Below, one piece after another: positions 48,386 to 62,926 of a stretch of 64,000 nucleotides of DNA. The stretch is from Octopus sinensis (taxonomy: Eukaryota): positions 89,776,001-89,840,000 of the forward strand of contig NC_043006.1 of NCBI RefSeq assembly GCF_006345805.1. Reading direction: 5' to 3'. The notes under the pieces are model-generated. The model was not told the DNA's origin. It worked only from the letters and a program-made list of their open reading frames with translations, and ran no database searches. The stretch's first letter is position 1; the number at the start of each line of letters is the position of its first letter. A program made the translations under genes and the position numbers.

Positions 48386-51280
48386 TATAGATTATATATA
48401 GAGGGAGATGTGTGTCTGTGTGGGGGAATGTACATAAGATGGGGCATAAAGAATATGGAAACGATTGCTACAGAGGAGACAGGGTGAAATAAATGTATAT
48501 AAAGAGAGAGAGAGATAACAAGGTACGAGTCTTTGAGTCATCCAGGAATCATCAGAAAAAGTAGATTCAAACAACAAACTGCCACCACTACCACCACCAC
48601 CATCATAATCTTAATATCCACTTTTCCATGCTTGCAGGGGTCATGTGGAGTTCATGTCTTTCCTTACTTATTTCCAAGCATGGTAATATTTTTCCAAGAT
48701 TGGTCACAGTTTCATGGTAGACTGGAAATGACTGGAACCACTTGTATGACAGTGACACAACCATTATATGAGGTCGATATGGGGAGATACACATGGAATG
48801 GGTTCACCAAATCTACTCAGAAGGTTTTGGGGTCCATGCTGCTAAGCAATGAGATTGAACATAAAATCATAAAGCCAAAAAGTAAACTCCATAGCTACTT
48901 AGCCATACTTTATAAATTTTTCTAAATTTATTATGAATTTTTATGTTTTGATTGAAAATTCCTTTTTTGCAATCTTTTAATGAATGGTGTCTGAGAGTGG
49001 ATTTCATGAAATCCTCCAAAGAACTGGTTCATGGCCTAACCCTGTACAACCTAACCAACCAGTTTTGCATAAAGTGGCTCACTAACTTCCTCTAATAACA
49101 AGTTTCCATAATTTAGATTTTTAAAAAAATTACATCTAAATTTGTCTTTTGATGCAGTGTTTAACACACATTTTATTCAAAATAGTTATTCTGTTGGAGT
49201 GAATTCCAATATGAAGTATTATGGAGTAGCTACTAGGTTTGTTTGGGAAAATTGTATTATATAACAAAAGTTTACATCAATGATGAACAGACTCAACAAA
49301 TTCTGTTTAGTTAATAAGTTTAGAAACAAAAATAGTACTAAAGAAAACAAAAAAAGTACATTTATTGAATAGTTTTTAAAAAATTTGTTAGTTATTAGTA
49401 ACAAACATTTTGGTCTTCATCATATATATCATCAACATCATCAACATTACCATCATTTAATGTCTGTTTTCTATGCTGGCATGGGTTGGACAGTTTTGAC
49501 AAGATCTGGCAAGGCTGGACAGGTTCCATTGTTTGCTTTGGTATAATTTCTATGGCCAGTTGCCCTTCCTAATGCTAATCCCTTTACAGAGTATGTTGAT
49601 TGCCCTTTATGTGGTGCCAACACCCATTTCCTCCCCAAGACCCATCACCAACCATCATTATCTTTATACTGCCCTCTCCATGCATATTTTACACTGATCA
49701 CCTTCCTCAGCTATCATTATCTTTTGTTCTCTCATTCATTTCACTCTGCCATACACCAGTAAGCATCTACTTAGCCACACTCCTATTCCTCTGTTTCCAC
49801 TCACTTCTCCTCACTTCATACTTTAAGGGACCACCCATTCCCCTCTATTTTCATCTCTTCCCAACTCCACCCGAATCATACTTATCTTCTCTTCTCAAAA
49901 ATGACCAACCTTGTTGCTTTGACTTCCTCCCACTTCTTCATATTTTAACTCCTCATCTCCTCACATAAAGCTCACTCTGTTGGGGTTCATAATCTTGCAG
50001 GTTGCTTGGTGACCCCACAAATTCTGATGGCATGAAAAAAAAAAGTATCCACCACATGTTGCAAAGGGATTTGATATCTGGCTCTAGAAACCATGCTAAA
50101 GTAGATACATGGAGGATGATGGATATTGTCAAGGAGTCCAGATCATGCCAGTATGGAATGTGAACATATGTGATGGTGATGATGATGGTTTGGTGTTTCT
50201 AACATGGGTGAAGGCCAGAAATTTTGAGAGAAGAGAAACAATCAGTTGTATGACTGCTATTTTGTTTTATTGAACCTGAAAAGATGAATGGAAATTTCAA
50301 CCCTGGTGTGATTTGAACTCAGAACATAGAGAGTTGGAGAAAATACAGCAAGAACAAATTTTGTGCCAATGCCTTCTGAATGAGTTTTCCTCAGTATTTA
50401 TTTTATCTTATGAGTTTCTTTTGCTGAATCATTAAGTTATGGGGACACTGGCTGTCACTGGCTGTCAAGTGGTGGTGGTCATGAGGGGACAGAGATATAC
50501 ACATACATCATCATTTGATGTGTGTCTTCTATGATGGCATGGGTTGGATGGTTTGATAGGGGCTGGCAAGCCAGAGAACAGCACCAAGCTCCACCATCTG
50601 CTTTGGTATGGTTTGTTTATGGCTAGATGTTCTCCCAAACACCAACCACTTCACAGAATGGACACTTGGGCTTTCACACACTTTCCATCTACTAATAAGG
50701 TCTATGGCTGTTATAGAAGAAGACACTTGCCCAAGGTATCATGCAGTGGGGCTGAACCTAAAACCATGCGCTTACAAAGTGAGCTTCTTAAGCAGACAGC
50801 CATGGCAGAGAATCTATGAAAGATCTCTCTCGGTGAGCTGACTTAGTAACTAAGCAGGTAGCTTTGATGTTGAAAGGATAAAGACTTAACTTGTTGTTTA
50901 AGGGTCATTATTTGCCAGATAAAAAAACCTGGGATGGCGTCTTGTGACGGTAAACATTCTAGTTAAGTATTTTATCTTTGCAACAACAACAGAAAAAAAG
51001 TGAAAATCAGTTACATTTAATTAAATAAAGATAAATAAAATATCCAGAGAATCTTCAAGTGTTGACTTTATGTTTTTGTTTGTCTTCATTTTTGTTGGTT
51101 GCTTTTTGCTAATTTTTGTTTGTATTTCTTATTTTATTCTTTAGATTTTCTTATCGTATTCAGGTTGCTATTTATTGAATTGTTTTGCAAGTGAAGTGGG
51201 CAGAGGAATTAATGGCAGCAAAGAATTGGTAACAACCTTATTATTACAGACAGTAATTTGCAGAATATGCTCCCGAAAAG

Positions 51281-51282
<2 letters not shown>

Positions 51283-51378
<96 letters not shown>
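51283..51378. repeat. (GA)n microsatellite (others: (TG)n 14547-14602, (GA)n 28675-28826, (GAA)n 55615-55688, (TG)n 58793-58877)
   Basis: Seen directly. Confidence 0.95.
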
Positions 51379-51603
51379 TTATTTTGAAAGAAAAACAATG
51401 AGATAAATGCTGATATGTGTTGTTGAATATTGGTTCTACTTCATTTCTCCCCCTCTCACAGAGATATAAGAAATTTAATAAGAAAAACAGGGGTGAGGGG
51501 AGGTAATGCAAAGGAAAAATATACAAAAAAAATTAATGCTTCCAACCTTTCAAAACTATCACAATAAACATACTGTATTATAATAATAATAATAATAATA
51601 ATA

Positions 51604-51638
<35 letters not shown>

Positions 51639-52229
51639 AATAAGGATGATGATGATGATGGTGATGATGAAAAAAAAACAACATTATCAACAAACTCAAA
51701 CAAGCTTACAAACCTATGAAAGTTTAGAAATAGTTGTAGCAACAGTTTTATAATAATGTTTAAACAGAAGAGCAAAAGTTCCATGATAAAGTGGAACGAA
51801 AGAAAATTTCCAATGTTAGAATTTTATAGATAAAACACAAAAACCTGGTTTATCTGTTTTAAGAATGATATCTAAATTCAATATTCTTAATTAATTGTTC
51901 CTTAATGAGTTGAAGGAAATTTCAATATTCTGAGAACAGCAGAGATGATAGCAGAATTGATGAAAATGGTAAGGCACTGAGTTAATATTCTGACAGCATT
52001 TTACTTTTGTGTATTCCAAGATCAAATTCCACTGTAGTTGAATTTGTTTTTACTCAAACATTTGCCATTAATTACATCTCAACCCCTGTCCACCATTCCC
52101 AGCAGTGACCTCTATCTTCTTTTCTATCCATCTACCACTCTCCTTCAACACTCTCATGAGCTTATCTGCCCAGTCCAGTTCTCTAAACCACTTATGCTCA
52201 CCTTCATGTCACTCCTTTTCTGACAGGAG

Positions 52230-53492
52230 AAGCTATGTATCTGCTTTACTGCAAGTCATGTGCTCCTGTCCTTCTCAAGTGGCATAAAGCAATGGAAAGT
52301 GCAAGGAATATTAATGCAGTATATCAGGATCAGACAATAAGTGTAAGCCGGTGTCAACAATGGTTCCAGAAATTCCGAGCCAGAAACTACAGCCTAGAGG
52401 ATGAGCCTCATCCTGGAAGATCTGTAGAGCTCAATGAGGACATCCTGCAAACCCTGGTGGAACAAAATCCATTGTAACTGTGGAGGAACTAGCAGAGAAG
52501 CGTGGAGTTGGTCATTCAACCATCATCAACACCTGCATGCATGCAGGTGTGCCATTGGAAAAGTCAGAAAATTAGGTCAATGGGTTCCTCACAAACTTTC
52601 AAAGTCTAATCCCATGCACAGAGAGTGAATGGGTGCCCTCCTCTGCTGCCACGTCTCCTGAATTAATCATTTTGGGGCCAAATAGTGACTGGTGACAAGA
52701 AATGGGTTCTCTATAAAAATGTCAAGTGCTGAAGACTGTGGGTAAAGAAAGGAGAAACACCCACTCCCACCAGGCTAAAGGTGTTGTTATCTGTCTGGTG
52801 GGATATGAAAGGTTTAGTCCACTTTGAGCTTTTAAACCCAAACCAAATGATAACAAAGGAGATCTAATGTGAGTAGCTTAACCCTTTTGATACCTATCCA
52901 GCTGAAACCGGCTCTGGCTCTGAGTACAAATGTCTTATTTTCATAAGTTCTGAATTAAAATCTTCCACCAAACCTTAGTCACAATTTATGTTCCTAACAT
53001 TAGCTTAATGATAACTAAGTTATTTTACTAAATTCTTTGTTATATTCAAAGTAATTGAAAGAAACACAGAGCATCTCAAAATAAATACAGTAACAAAAGG
53101 GTTAAGTCAGTGCTAGAAGAAAAACGACCATCTTTGGTTTCAAGATGAAAGGTGTTCTGCCATCAGGATAATGATCAGCCACATACAGTAAGGATGACAG
53201 GCTGGAGCAGTTTGAATGGGAAACAATGCCCCCCCCACCCCCACCCAACATATTTGTTAGACACTGCCCCATAATTTGGATGGAAAAAATATGAATTCTG
53301 TAGATGAGGTCAGAACAGTACCAGAGGAATATTTTTCATCCTGGACAAGTGAATTTTGAAAGAGGGGTCTACCAGACAAATGGAAGAGCATTGTAGAAAA
53401 TGGAGAGTTTATTTTAGATTAAAAAAGAACTTTCTTTATTGTAATTTTGAAAGATAAAAGATAAAAAAATGCATTATTTATGGGATGACCTA
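52230..53492 (+). mobile_element. Decayed mariner (DD34D-type) transposon interrupted by a MITE
   Basis: WFQKFR...SLEDEPHPGRS, WVPHKL, IVTGDKKWVLYKN, LLSVWWDMKG, HQDND. Right TIR-like tttatgggatgacctaa near 53476-53492. Confidence 0.85.
52882..53101. mobile_element. 220-bp piggyBac-type MITE
   Basis: TTAA|CCCTTTTGATAC...GTAACAAAAGGG|TTAA (TSDs at 52878-52881 and 53102-53105). Removing it restores mariner ...LKSVLEEKRP. Confidence 0.9.
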
Positions 53493-53496
53493 ACAC

Positions 53497-53556
<60 letters not shown>

Positions 53557-55687
53557 CACACACACATACAAACATATATATATATACACACATAAAGAGA
53601 AAGAGAAACATACATGTAGACAGTCAGATATCTAGGTGAATATATGTTAGTGCAGGCAGGGCTGTGTGGTTAAGCTTCCCAACCTTGGATTTAGTGCCCC
53701 TACATATGTATCTAATATATCCATCCATTAAAAATAAAAGTATGAAACAAGACAAGTACCTCCAGTTTTCTGCCCATTGAAACACTGAACATCAAAAGCC
53801 TGATTTGGTTACAGAAGCTGAGCAAGAGGAGGGCAGAAATAGTAAACCCTTAGCTATATCCTGCTCTGTTTCCTGCCCTGTTCACTGACTTTGTTTCTGA
53901 AGTCAGATGTCACTAAAATTGACCATTTTTTTCACATCTTTGGCATAAATATCAACCTTATACACTGAACTTGATTCCATGTATGTCATGCCAAAGTGAA
54001 AATAAACACTAATTATTTTACGAATCTACTATGTCATCCCTTTCTTTATTTAATCATTAACTTCTGATAATATAAATTATTTAAAAAATGAATTTGTTTG
54101 TAATTCAGAAAATTCCTCTTTTACTGTAATGTTGTTTTTTTATTTTCTTTTTCTAATTTTTATCATAACAATTTGCTGCCACCAAATCAGTTGATTTCTG
54201 AGAGAATGGAAATGAAAAAGAAAAGAAAAATGAAAATTATATTTGACTGTAGTTGTGTTGATTTAAATGACTGAGTTATTTCTGAAACTCACCATATTAC
54301 TATGGAAAAGCTATTATTGATAATCAACACCAATTCTGTTTTTAGAATTTTTGATTGCTGACTTTGCATCTGGGGTGATATCATCTCAAAGAAAATGTAC
54401 AGAAAAACAAAAAGATGAGGGAGAAAAAAAAAAGAAAGAAAAGAACACCCCTCCCCGCCGGACATAATGAATTGCTTATCTCAAGTGTGGACAGTCAGAG
54501 TTACAATGATCATGAAATAATTATCTTGGATAATTAAGATAATGATTATAAATACAAAAAAAGAATATAGATATATATTAAAAATATCCTGGATACGAAA
54601 ATTAGTTTTGAAGAAAACAAAAAGCAAAACAATAAATAAATAAAGCAAAACAATTGCAGATGATGATTTTGGATATGATATCTATACTGAATAATGAAAT
54701 GTTTTTAGCTTCATTAATGAAATAGTTCATAGACGATAAAGATATAAGAAACACTTAACATTAATGATGAAACAATTAGCCTTATTGACAAAACAATTAG
54801 GAATTATAATGTACAAATTACCCAGAAAAAAAATAACAATAAAGAAAAGGATATTTTTGCCACCTTTAATTAATTCTTTAGAACTAATTGGTGAAAATAT
54901 TTTGTAAAATATTATTTTTGGAATATATACTATGATGAAGATTACTGATAAATTTCTTTCTTTTTCTGTTTTCTTTTTGTTCTCACTGTTAACTCTAATT
55001 GATTGTGCTCATTAACAGTCTAAAGATAATTCATAACCAGTCAACATCATCCTATCTACGCAAGATGAGTTCATTCTATCACTAACATCTGTGCCAATCT
55101 TTATCTTTGCTTTTAACGGCTTCCTACAAGCTACATATGATGGAAGAGGGAGTAAAATCAATGCCACACACATTTGTGAAGGAATAGTCAGAGGATTTCG
55201 ATTCGCAGTTCTTCAACATGTGACTTTCTTTTATCAAAGAAATACATGCAAGATGCTAGCCATTTCAAGAAGATAGCTTTCAAAGTATTTCAAACTTCCT
55301 TCGAAATGAAGCAAACTAAGAATCAAATAAAATAAATAAAAATATCCTGCAAGAATCACCCACCCACCAACATACAACCAAGCCATATTTGTTTGCAAGT
55401 GATGAAGACTGGCATTTGTTGACCAAAGAACTATGGAAATTAGAAAAGATCTTCCAATGGTAACAACATAAAGAAATTGATGTGAAATAAAGACAGAAAG
55501 AAACACAAAAGAAAAAAAAACATAAGGAGAAAAAGGTCGCAACAAACAGCAATATTTCACTTTCTACCAAGTAAAAATCCAATAAAGAAACAAAAGTTTA
55601 AATGATGATGATGAGAAGAAGAAGAAGAAGAAGAAGAAGAAGAAGAAGAAGAAGAAGAAGAAGAAGAAGAAGAAGAAGAAGAAGAAG

Positions 55688-56290
55688 ATGCACCACTCAT
55701 AAGCAGATGTTGATCGTCTGTACCTACCTAGACTAAATGGGGAAAGAGGAATGATGCAGGTAGAACTGTGCTATAACACTTCCACAAGAGCAATGAACTG
55801 GTACTAATCTAGGACAGAGGAGTGGTCACTGCGGCTTGTGTGCAAACACGAAAGCAGCAAAAAGTCACATTCCAACGTCAAGGAAGCTTAGAAATTCACA
55901 AGGGAACTTCATATTAATCCTGAAATAGTTGGAGAACCTGAAACCACTGCCACAAAACAAGCAAAATGGATCAAGCAGACTGCAAAAAAGGACAAGCAGA
56001 AACAAAAACTGAGTTGTGATGGAGTCAGAAGCCTCTGCATGGCCAGTATATACTTCGAAATCGAAATGCTGATGAAGACCAAGCAACAACCCGTCAGTGA
56101 TTGAGAAGTTCAGGACTGAAAGCAGAGGCTGACGGTTTCATATCAGCAGCACAAGACCAAAGCTTGATTGCAAAAAGCTACCAGGCTAATGTTCTTCAAA
56201 ATGGTTCTGACCCTAAATGCAGATTCTGCAACACATTTGACGAAACAATAGACCATCTTGTCTCGGGATGTCCTGTGCTGACACTTAAAC
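55688..56290 (+). mobile_element. Decayed R4/Dong-type LINE fragment (different subfamily), 5' end abutting (GAA)n
   Basis: MHH...DVDRLYLPR...RGMMQVE and LRSSGLKAEADGFISAAQDQSL...CRFCNTFDETIDHLVSGC. Confidence 0.85.
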
Positions 56291-58248
56291 TCAGAATGTA
56301 AAGAGCTGGAATAAATATCACAAAGCATTTTGTCTGATATTCTTATGATTTTACCAATCAACTGGCATTCACATAATTAAAATGTTAGTATAGAATGTTC
56401 TGAGTTTAAATAATTTACATTTATTTAATGTTAAAACATATAAGAATTAATTAAAGCAATTACATGAAATCAAATTTATTAGCTTATTATGTAGTCATAT
56501 CTAACATGTTAGAGTATACTTGAACATGGAAAGAACTTTCACTGTGGGGAATCGTTCTGGGAGAAAATTTCCCTCCTACATGATGTATATGAGAACACAT
56601 ATATATGTCACTGAATTGCAGAACATGTGTGTTTCTGTATTCTTCTGTGTCATCAATTACTTGCACCTAATCTGTTTGTTATTCAGCTACTGTGTGTGTA
56701 TATGTACACATCTTATGATCCAATGATAACATTCACAGCCACTGCTTTTCTAACATAGAAATGAATTCATTCTTATTAGGCTGCTGAATGACAGCTTTGG
56801 TGTTTCTAATTGACAAAGCAAAAAAAGAACACAGAAACAAACGCCTCCTGTGATCCAATAACATTGTTTACAGTTCAAAATGCCTTCTCACACATCATCT
56901 AGGAGTCTCACAACTATTTGCACAGTGGCACATCTTTGCACACCTGAGTGTACCCAAGGATGTGAAACATGACTTTACAGGAATATAGTTTTTCAACAGT
57001 GCTTTGTGTAAGTTGTGAAATTGTAATCTAAAGCTACCGAGAGTGGCTTTGGATTAAGAGGACTGATAGGGCCTGCCATGCTTGACAGGTCAAAGGATAG
57101 AAACCAGACTAATATGGACCATCACATCCCAGAGGTAATAAAAGGGGTTTGCATAGGGCCAACCATTAATGACGATTTTAAACCAACTTAAGACTTGGGA
57201 GAGAAAAGCCTTCCCTCGGGGAGCAGCCTTGGAAGATAACCAAGAGACAAGAACAGTGAAAATAAATCCTTGAGGGCCCATGCTCCACAGGGAGTGAAGG
57301 GGTGAAGTGAGCTCGTAGTAACATGTGTAAACCAGTCCTTTATTGATCTAGAAATATTTTTTTAATGCTTTGTCTTGAAGAAAGGGCACGGCAGGTGCTT
57401 AGAAGACAGATGGGGGAGGCCTGACCTGAATCCTTGCATCTCAGTGGAACAATTCTTCTTCTAAAAGCACACAAAGACTCGACAGATGATAAGTTGAAAG
57501 CTTAAGTTCCTGAAATATGGTAAGAAGCCTGACTAAATACCACAAGATACTTTGCTTAATGTTCTATCAGATTATGAAGATAAATATCTTCTAATGTCAA
57601 TATTTTCTTGCACCAGACATAATATCTTTCAAAGTTAATAACACCAGAAGGTTGCTGCTTATCACAGGAATTCTGTAGACATTCAGTTTTACACCCTCAT
57701 CCACCCTTAAAGCACAAACTGCATGAAGAGGGTTTAAAGATAGTTTAATCAGGATTACTTGAAGAAACTGGGTACCAGTAACAATTTATTTTGGCATCAA
57801 TTTTTCATTTATTTTATTTTCTTGACTTAAGAAAAATGAAAAGTGAAGCTGGCCTTGGTAGGGTCTGAACTTGGAACATAAAGGTCGAAAATTAAACACT
57901 ACAAGGTATTTAGTCCAATGCTCTAATGATTCCACCAATCCAGGCAAAGGTTATGAGTTGATAAGCTAACCAATGCCTTCAGCTAAAGTATATGATTTTA
58001 TTTGCTTCAGTAGAAGCGAGATGAAAACAGCTTCGTTGTTTATATTATGTTAAAGCGTTCAGCTGTGAAGTACATTGTACTAAGTAATCAAACTTGTGTA
58101 ACAATCAAATAGATGCGAGGAGGGGAAACAGTTATAAAACAAGCGAAAAGAAAAGAAGAGAGATCTAACATGATATGGTTATAATAAGAGAGTGAGCAAG
58201 GAGCATCCACACAGACACACACACACATAACATATATATGTGTGTGTG

Positions 58249-58286
<38 letters not shown>

Positions 58287-58458
58287 TACATTCATACCTA
58301 CAAATAAATAACTTTACATATATACATGATGTATACATACATATATATGTGTGTGTGTGTAGGTACGCATACATATACATGTTTAAATATCTCTCCCTCC
58401 TATCTGTATCCCCCATCTCTTGCTCACTCTCTCACTCTTTTCCTCTCTCTCTCTCTCT

Positions 58459-58513
<55 letters not shown>

Positions 58514-58756
58514 CACACAGACATACACTTATACATACTTACGCATATATATGTGTACAGAAAAAAATTGAGCATCCGTATGAATTTATTTTGTTGCCAG
58601 TTCTTCGCTCAGTTTGCCTTCCTGATTCCAGAAACATGAAAGGCAAAAGTTGACCTCAGTGGGATTTGAACTCAAAATACAAAAGGCAGAAATTAAAAAG
58701 ATATATATGGGTTTGTATGTGTGTTTGTGTGTGCATGTGAACACACACATATATAT

Positions 58757-58826
<70 letters not shown>

Positions 58827-58841
58827 TGTGTGTGTGTGTGT

Positions 58842-58877
<36 letters not shown>

Positions 58878-59044
58878 ATAATTGTATAGGCGTAGGCATG
58901 GTTGTGTCGTTAACAAGTTCCCTTCTGAATCTTGTACTTTCAGGTTTAGTCCCATTGCATTGCGTCTTTGATCAAATGTCTCCTACTATATCCAAGCTGA
59001 CCAATAGCTTGTGAGAAAATTTGCTTGATGAAAACTTACTGAAG

Positions 59045-59075
<31 letters not shown>

Positions 59076-59865
59076 CCGTCTGCGCTGGTATGGTCATGTA
59101 CTATGGATGGATGAGGAGAGATGTGTGAAGAAGTGCCACTCCCAAACAGTTGAAGGAATCCGGGGTAGAGGTAGACCCAGGAAGACATGGGATGAGGTGG
59201 TCAAGCATGACATTTGAACGTTGGGTCTCACAGAGGCAATGACAGAAGACCGAGATCTCTGGAGGTATGCTGTGACTGAAAAAACCCGACAAATAACATG
59301 AGTTCATGGCTGTTTTCTGCACCAGCTTCACATAGCTGCCCCAGCCCGTCCAAAGTACCTTGGATCACAGGACAGCCTGCTGTACTTACCTTGGATCATA
59401 GGGCGACCTGCTGTGCTTGAGGAAACCTGCTGAGTCAAGTACATCAGGATCAAAAAATCAAATGGAAATTGTAGTTGTGATACCTGTGCCGGTGGCACGT
59501 AAAAAGCACCAACCAATCATGGCTGTTGCTAGCCTCCCCTGGCACCTGTGCCGGTGGCACATAAAAAGCACCATCTGTATATGGCCGATGCCAGCGCCGC
59601 TTTGACTGGCTTCCGTGCTAGTGGCATGTAAAAAGCACCAACAGTTCGTGGCCATTGCCAGCCTACCCTGGCACCTGTGCCGGTGGCACGTAAAAAGCAC
59701 CCACTTCACTCACGGTGTGGCTGGTGTTAAGAAGGGCATCCAGCTGTAGAAACACTGCCAGATCAGACTGGAGCCTGGTGCAGCTTCCTGGCTTCCCAGA
59801 CTCCGGTCGAACCATCCAACCCATGCCAGCATGGAAAACAGACGTTAAACGATGATGATGATGAT
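59076..59865 (+). mobile_element. RTE-type LINE 3' fragment with tandem-unit 3' UTR and (ATG)n tail
   Basis: RLRWYGHVL...GRGRPRKTWDEVVKHD...DRDLWRYAV, then four gtggca(c/t)(g/a)taaaaagcacc units and the shared tail. Confidence 0.92.
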
Positions 59866-59890
59866 GATATATATATAATAATATAAATAA

Positions 59891-60632
59891 TCTCTATATA
59901 TATAAAACTGAGAATGTGTGTCTGTCTGTCTGTCTGCCTGTCTGTCTGTGTGTTTCCCTAAAACTTGAGAACTACACAACCAATTTCATTCAAATTTTAC
60001 ACATGCCTTACTTAGGGTCCATGTAGTTTCATGGGCAAAAAAAAAAAATGTTCAACTTCTTGCCTAGGGCGAGCCCATAGCAATATCATATCTTCTCCAC
60101 TATTTCAGTATTACATGTTAAAAGTGAAACAAAAATATTTCTCTATTTTATGTCAGATGCTTTCACTTTAACAATAAAAATAATAATAACAATTGAATTA
60201 TATAAGTAATAATTAAAATCAAACTAAAGTTTAATATAATCGTAACATACAAAAGTAAAAATAGCAATTGGTATAAAATTGCATCAATGATTTGAACTTG
60301 AATAAGTGGTTTCACATGAATGGGAATAAATTAAATATAAAATTAGCGTGCAGAAATGGAATAGTCCAGATGGATAATAAAAAATTAAATTAAAGAAAAG
60401 ACTATTGTCTATAAAGTATACAATGTAGAGAAAAAAGAAGAGCTAACAATTCCAGTCTGTTATATATTTTGAGTATTGTTATCACTAGCGATATCAAGAT
60501 ATAACTTTGTATTTTGCATTTTATGTGTAGATGTATATATATAGATGTACATGTAATATGTACACATATATATATACACATATATACATGCACTAGCACT
60601 ATGACCTGGCAACGACGGGTCTTTAATGCTAG
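59891..60632 (+). mobile_element. Non-autonomous Helitron-like element
   Basis: A|TCTCTATATATATAAAA 5' end with (CTGT)n. Imperfect 3' hairpin gacctggcaacgacgggtc (60603-60621) followed by CTAG|T. A/T insertion site with no TSD. Confidence 0.7.
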
Positions 60633-60792
60633 TATATAAATATATGCATATATACATACATATATGTACATACCTACATCTATATGTATATATACATGCA
60701 TATATGGATACAGGACATAAAAATAAACATTGAACACAATGAGAAACGAAAACATAAAAACAAAATCATGGAAACAAACTTTTTTTCAAACA

Positions 60793-60830
<38 letters not shown>

Positions 60831-60889
60831 TATGTTTATATACACACATACATATGGAGTTTCCTGTTGGTTTCAATGTATTATGAGGA

Positions 60890-61280
60890 TGTGAGAGCCT
60901 ACACTTTCTTTGTCAGTCATAATGCCTTTATGTGAGATACGAGTCCCACCAATGATTTGCACAGAAGTCCACAAATGTTGCAAGTATGAGGATTACAGGT
61001 CAGTGCAGGTGGTATATCTGCAGTTGCTTTTCTCCTTTGCCTTGCACCCCTAGGCCTGGTAATGCTGATTGAAACAAAATCTATTCTGCCATTTTGACAC
61101 GATGTTCTCCATTTTGTTTGCTCAAAGGTGTTGTGAACCACATCGACTGCTGAGAGGCTACTCTTCGGTTTGTCCTTACATCTGAGCCATGGTTGACCAA
61201 TATTCTTGTGCCCACTATCAAGCTGGTTGTTCATGAGGACTTTGGGTATTCTTTTGTCACTCATTGCCACAATATGGTCA
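60890..61280 (-). mobile_element. RTE (BovB-like) LINE C-terminal fragment with C2H2-like finger
   Basis: MSDKRIPKVLM...GQPWLRCKD...CNICGLLCKSLVGLVSH. Confidence 0.75.
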
Positions 61281-61467
61281 GTTCAACACAATTATGTATA
61301 TATATATATATATGAATGTGTAAATGCACATCATGTGTATATGTGTGTGTGAGTCTATACATGTGTTAATGAGTATGTGGTTGAAGATAAATGGTATATT
61401 TTATAATATGCATGGTTAGAATATCATAAAAACCTGAAACTATTAACAGCTCTTTTGGTTGTGTATT

Positions 61468-61505
61468 AAATTGATATATATATATACATACATATATATA
61501 TATAC

Positions 61506-61559
<54 letters not shown>

Positions 61560-61590
61560 CATATATATATATATATATATATATATAACA

Positions 61591-61628
<38 letters not shown>

Positions 61629-61634
61629 CATATA

Positions 61635-61665
<31 letters not shown>

Positions 61666-61732
61666 CATATATATATAATACATATATATATATATACATA
61701 TATATCTATATACATATATATAATATATATAC

Positions 61733-61771
<39 letters not shown>

Positions 61772-61909
61772 CATATATATATTATATAGACATATATATA
61801 TATATATATCAATATATATATATACATATATATATATATTACATATATATATATAATACATATATATATATATACATATAATATATATATACATATATAT
61901 ATAATATAC

Positions 61910-61944
<35 letters not shown>

Positions 61945-62018
61945 CATATATAATATATATTATACATATATATATATATACATTATATATATATACATAT
62001 ATATATATATACATATAC

Positions 62019-62051
<33 letters not shown>

Positions 62052-62069
62052 CATATATTATATATATAC

Positions 62070-62118
<49 letters not shown>

Positions 62119-62212
62119 GACATATATATATATATATATACATAATATATATATACATATATATATATACATATATATATATATACATACATATATATAC
62201 ATATATATATAC

Positions 62213-62245
<33 letters not shown>

Positions 62246-62679
62246 CATACATTATACATATATATATATACATCTATATATATATATATATACATATATC
62301 TATATATATATATATATACATACATATATATAATATACATACATATATATATATATATACATACATATATATATATATATACATACATATATACATATAT
62401 ATATATACATATATATATATATATCATACATATATATACATATATATATATATATATCATACATATATATATATACATACATATATATATATATAACATA
62501 CATATATATATATATATACATACATATATATATATATATATGTACATATATAATATATAATATATATATATATGTACATATATATATATATATATACAAT
62601 ATATATATATATATATACATATATATGTATATAAATATACATACATATTATATATATATATATATTACATATATATATA

Positions 62680-62715
<36 letters not shown>

Positions 62716-62720
62716 GTACA

Positions 62721-62752
<32 letters not shown>

Positions 62753-62864
62753 ATATATACATATATATTATATATATATATATATACATATATATATTAT
62801 ATATATACATATATACATATATATATATATAATATATATATGTATATATATATACATATATATG

Positions 62865-62925
<61 letters not shown>

Positions 62926-62926
62926 A
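61468..62926. repeat. ~1.45-kb degenerate (TA)n/(TATACA) microsatellite
   Basis: Seen directly; source of the spurious IY-repeat ORFs. Confidence 0.97.
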
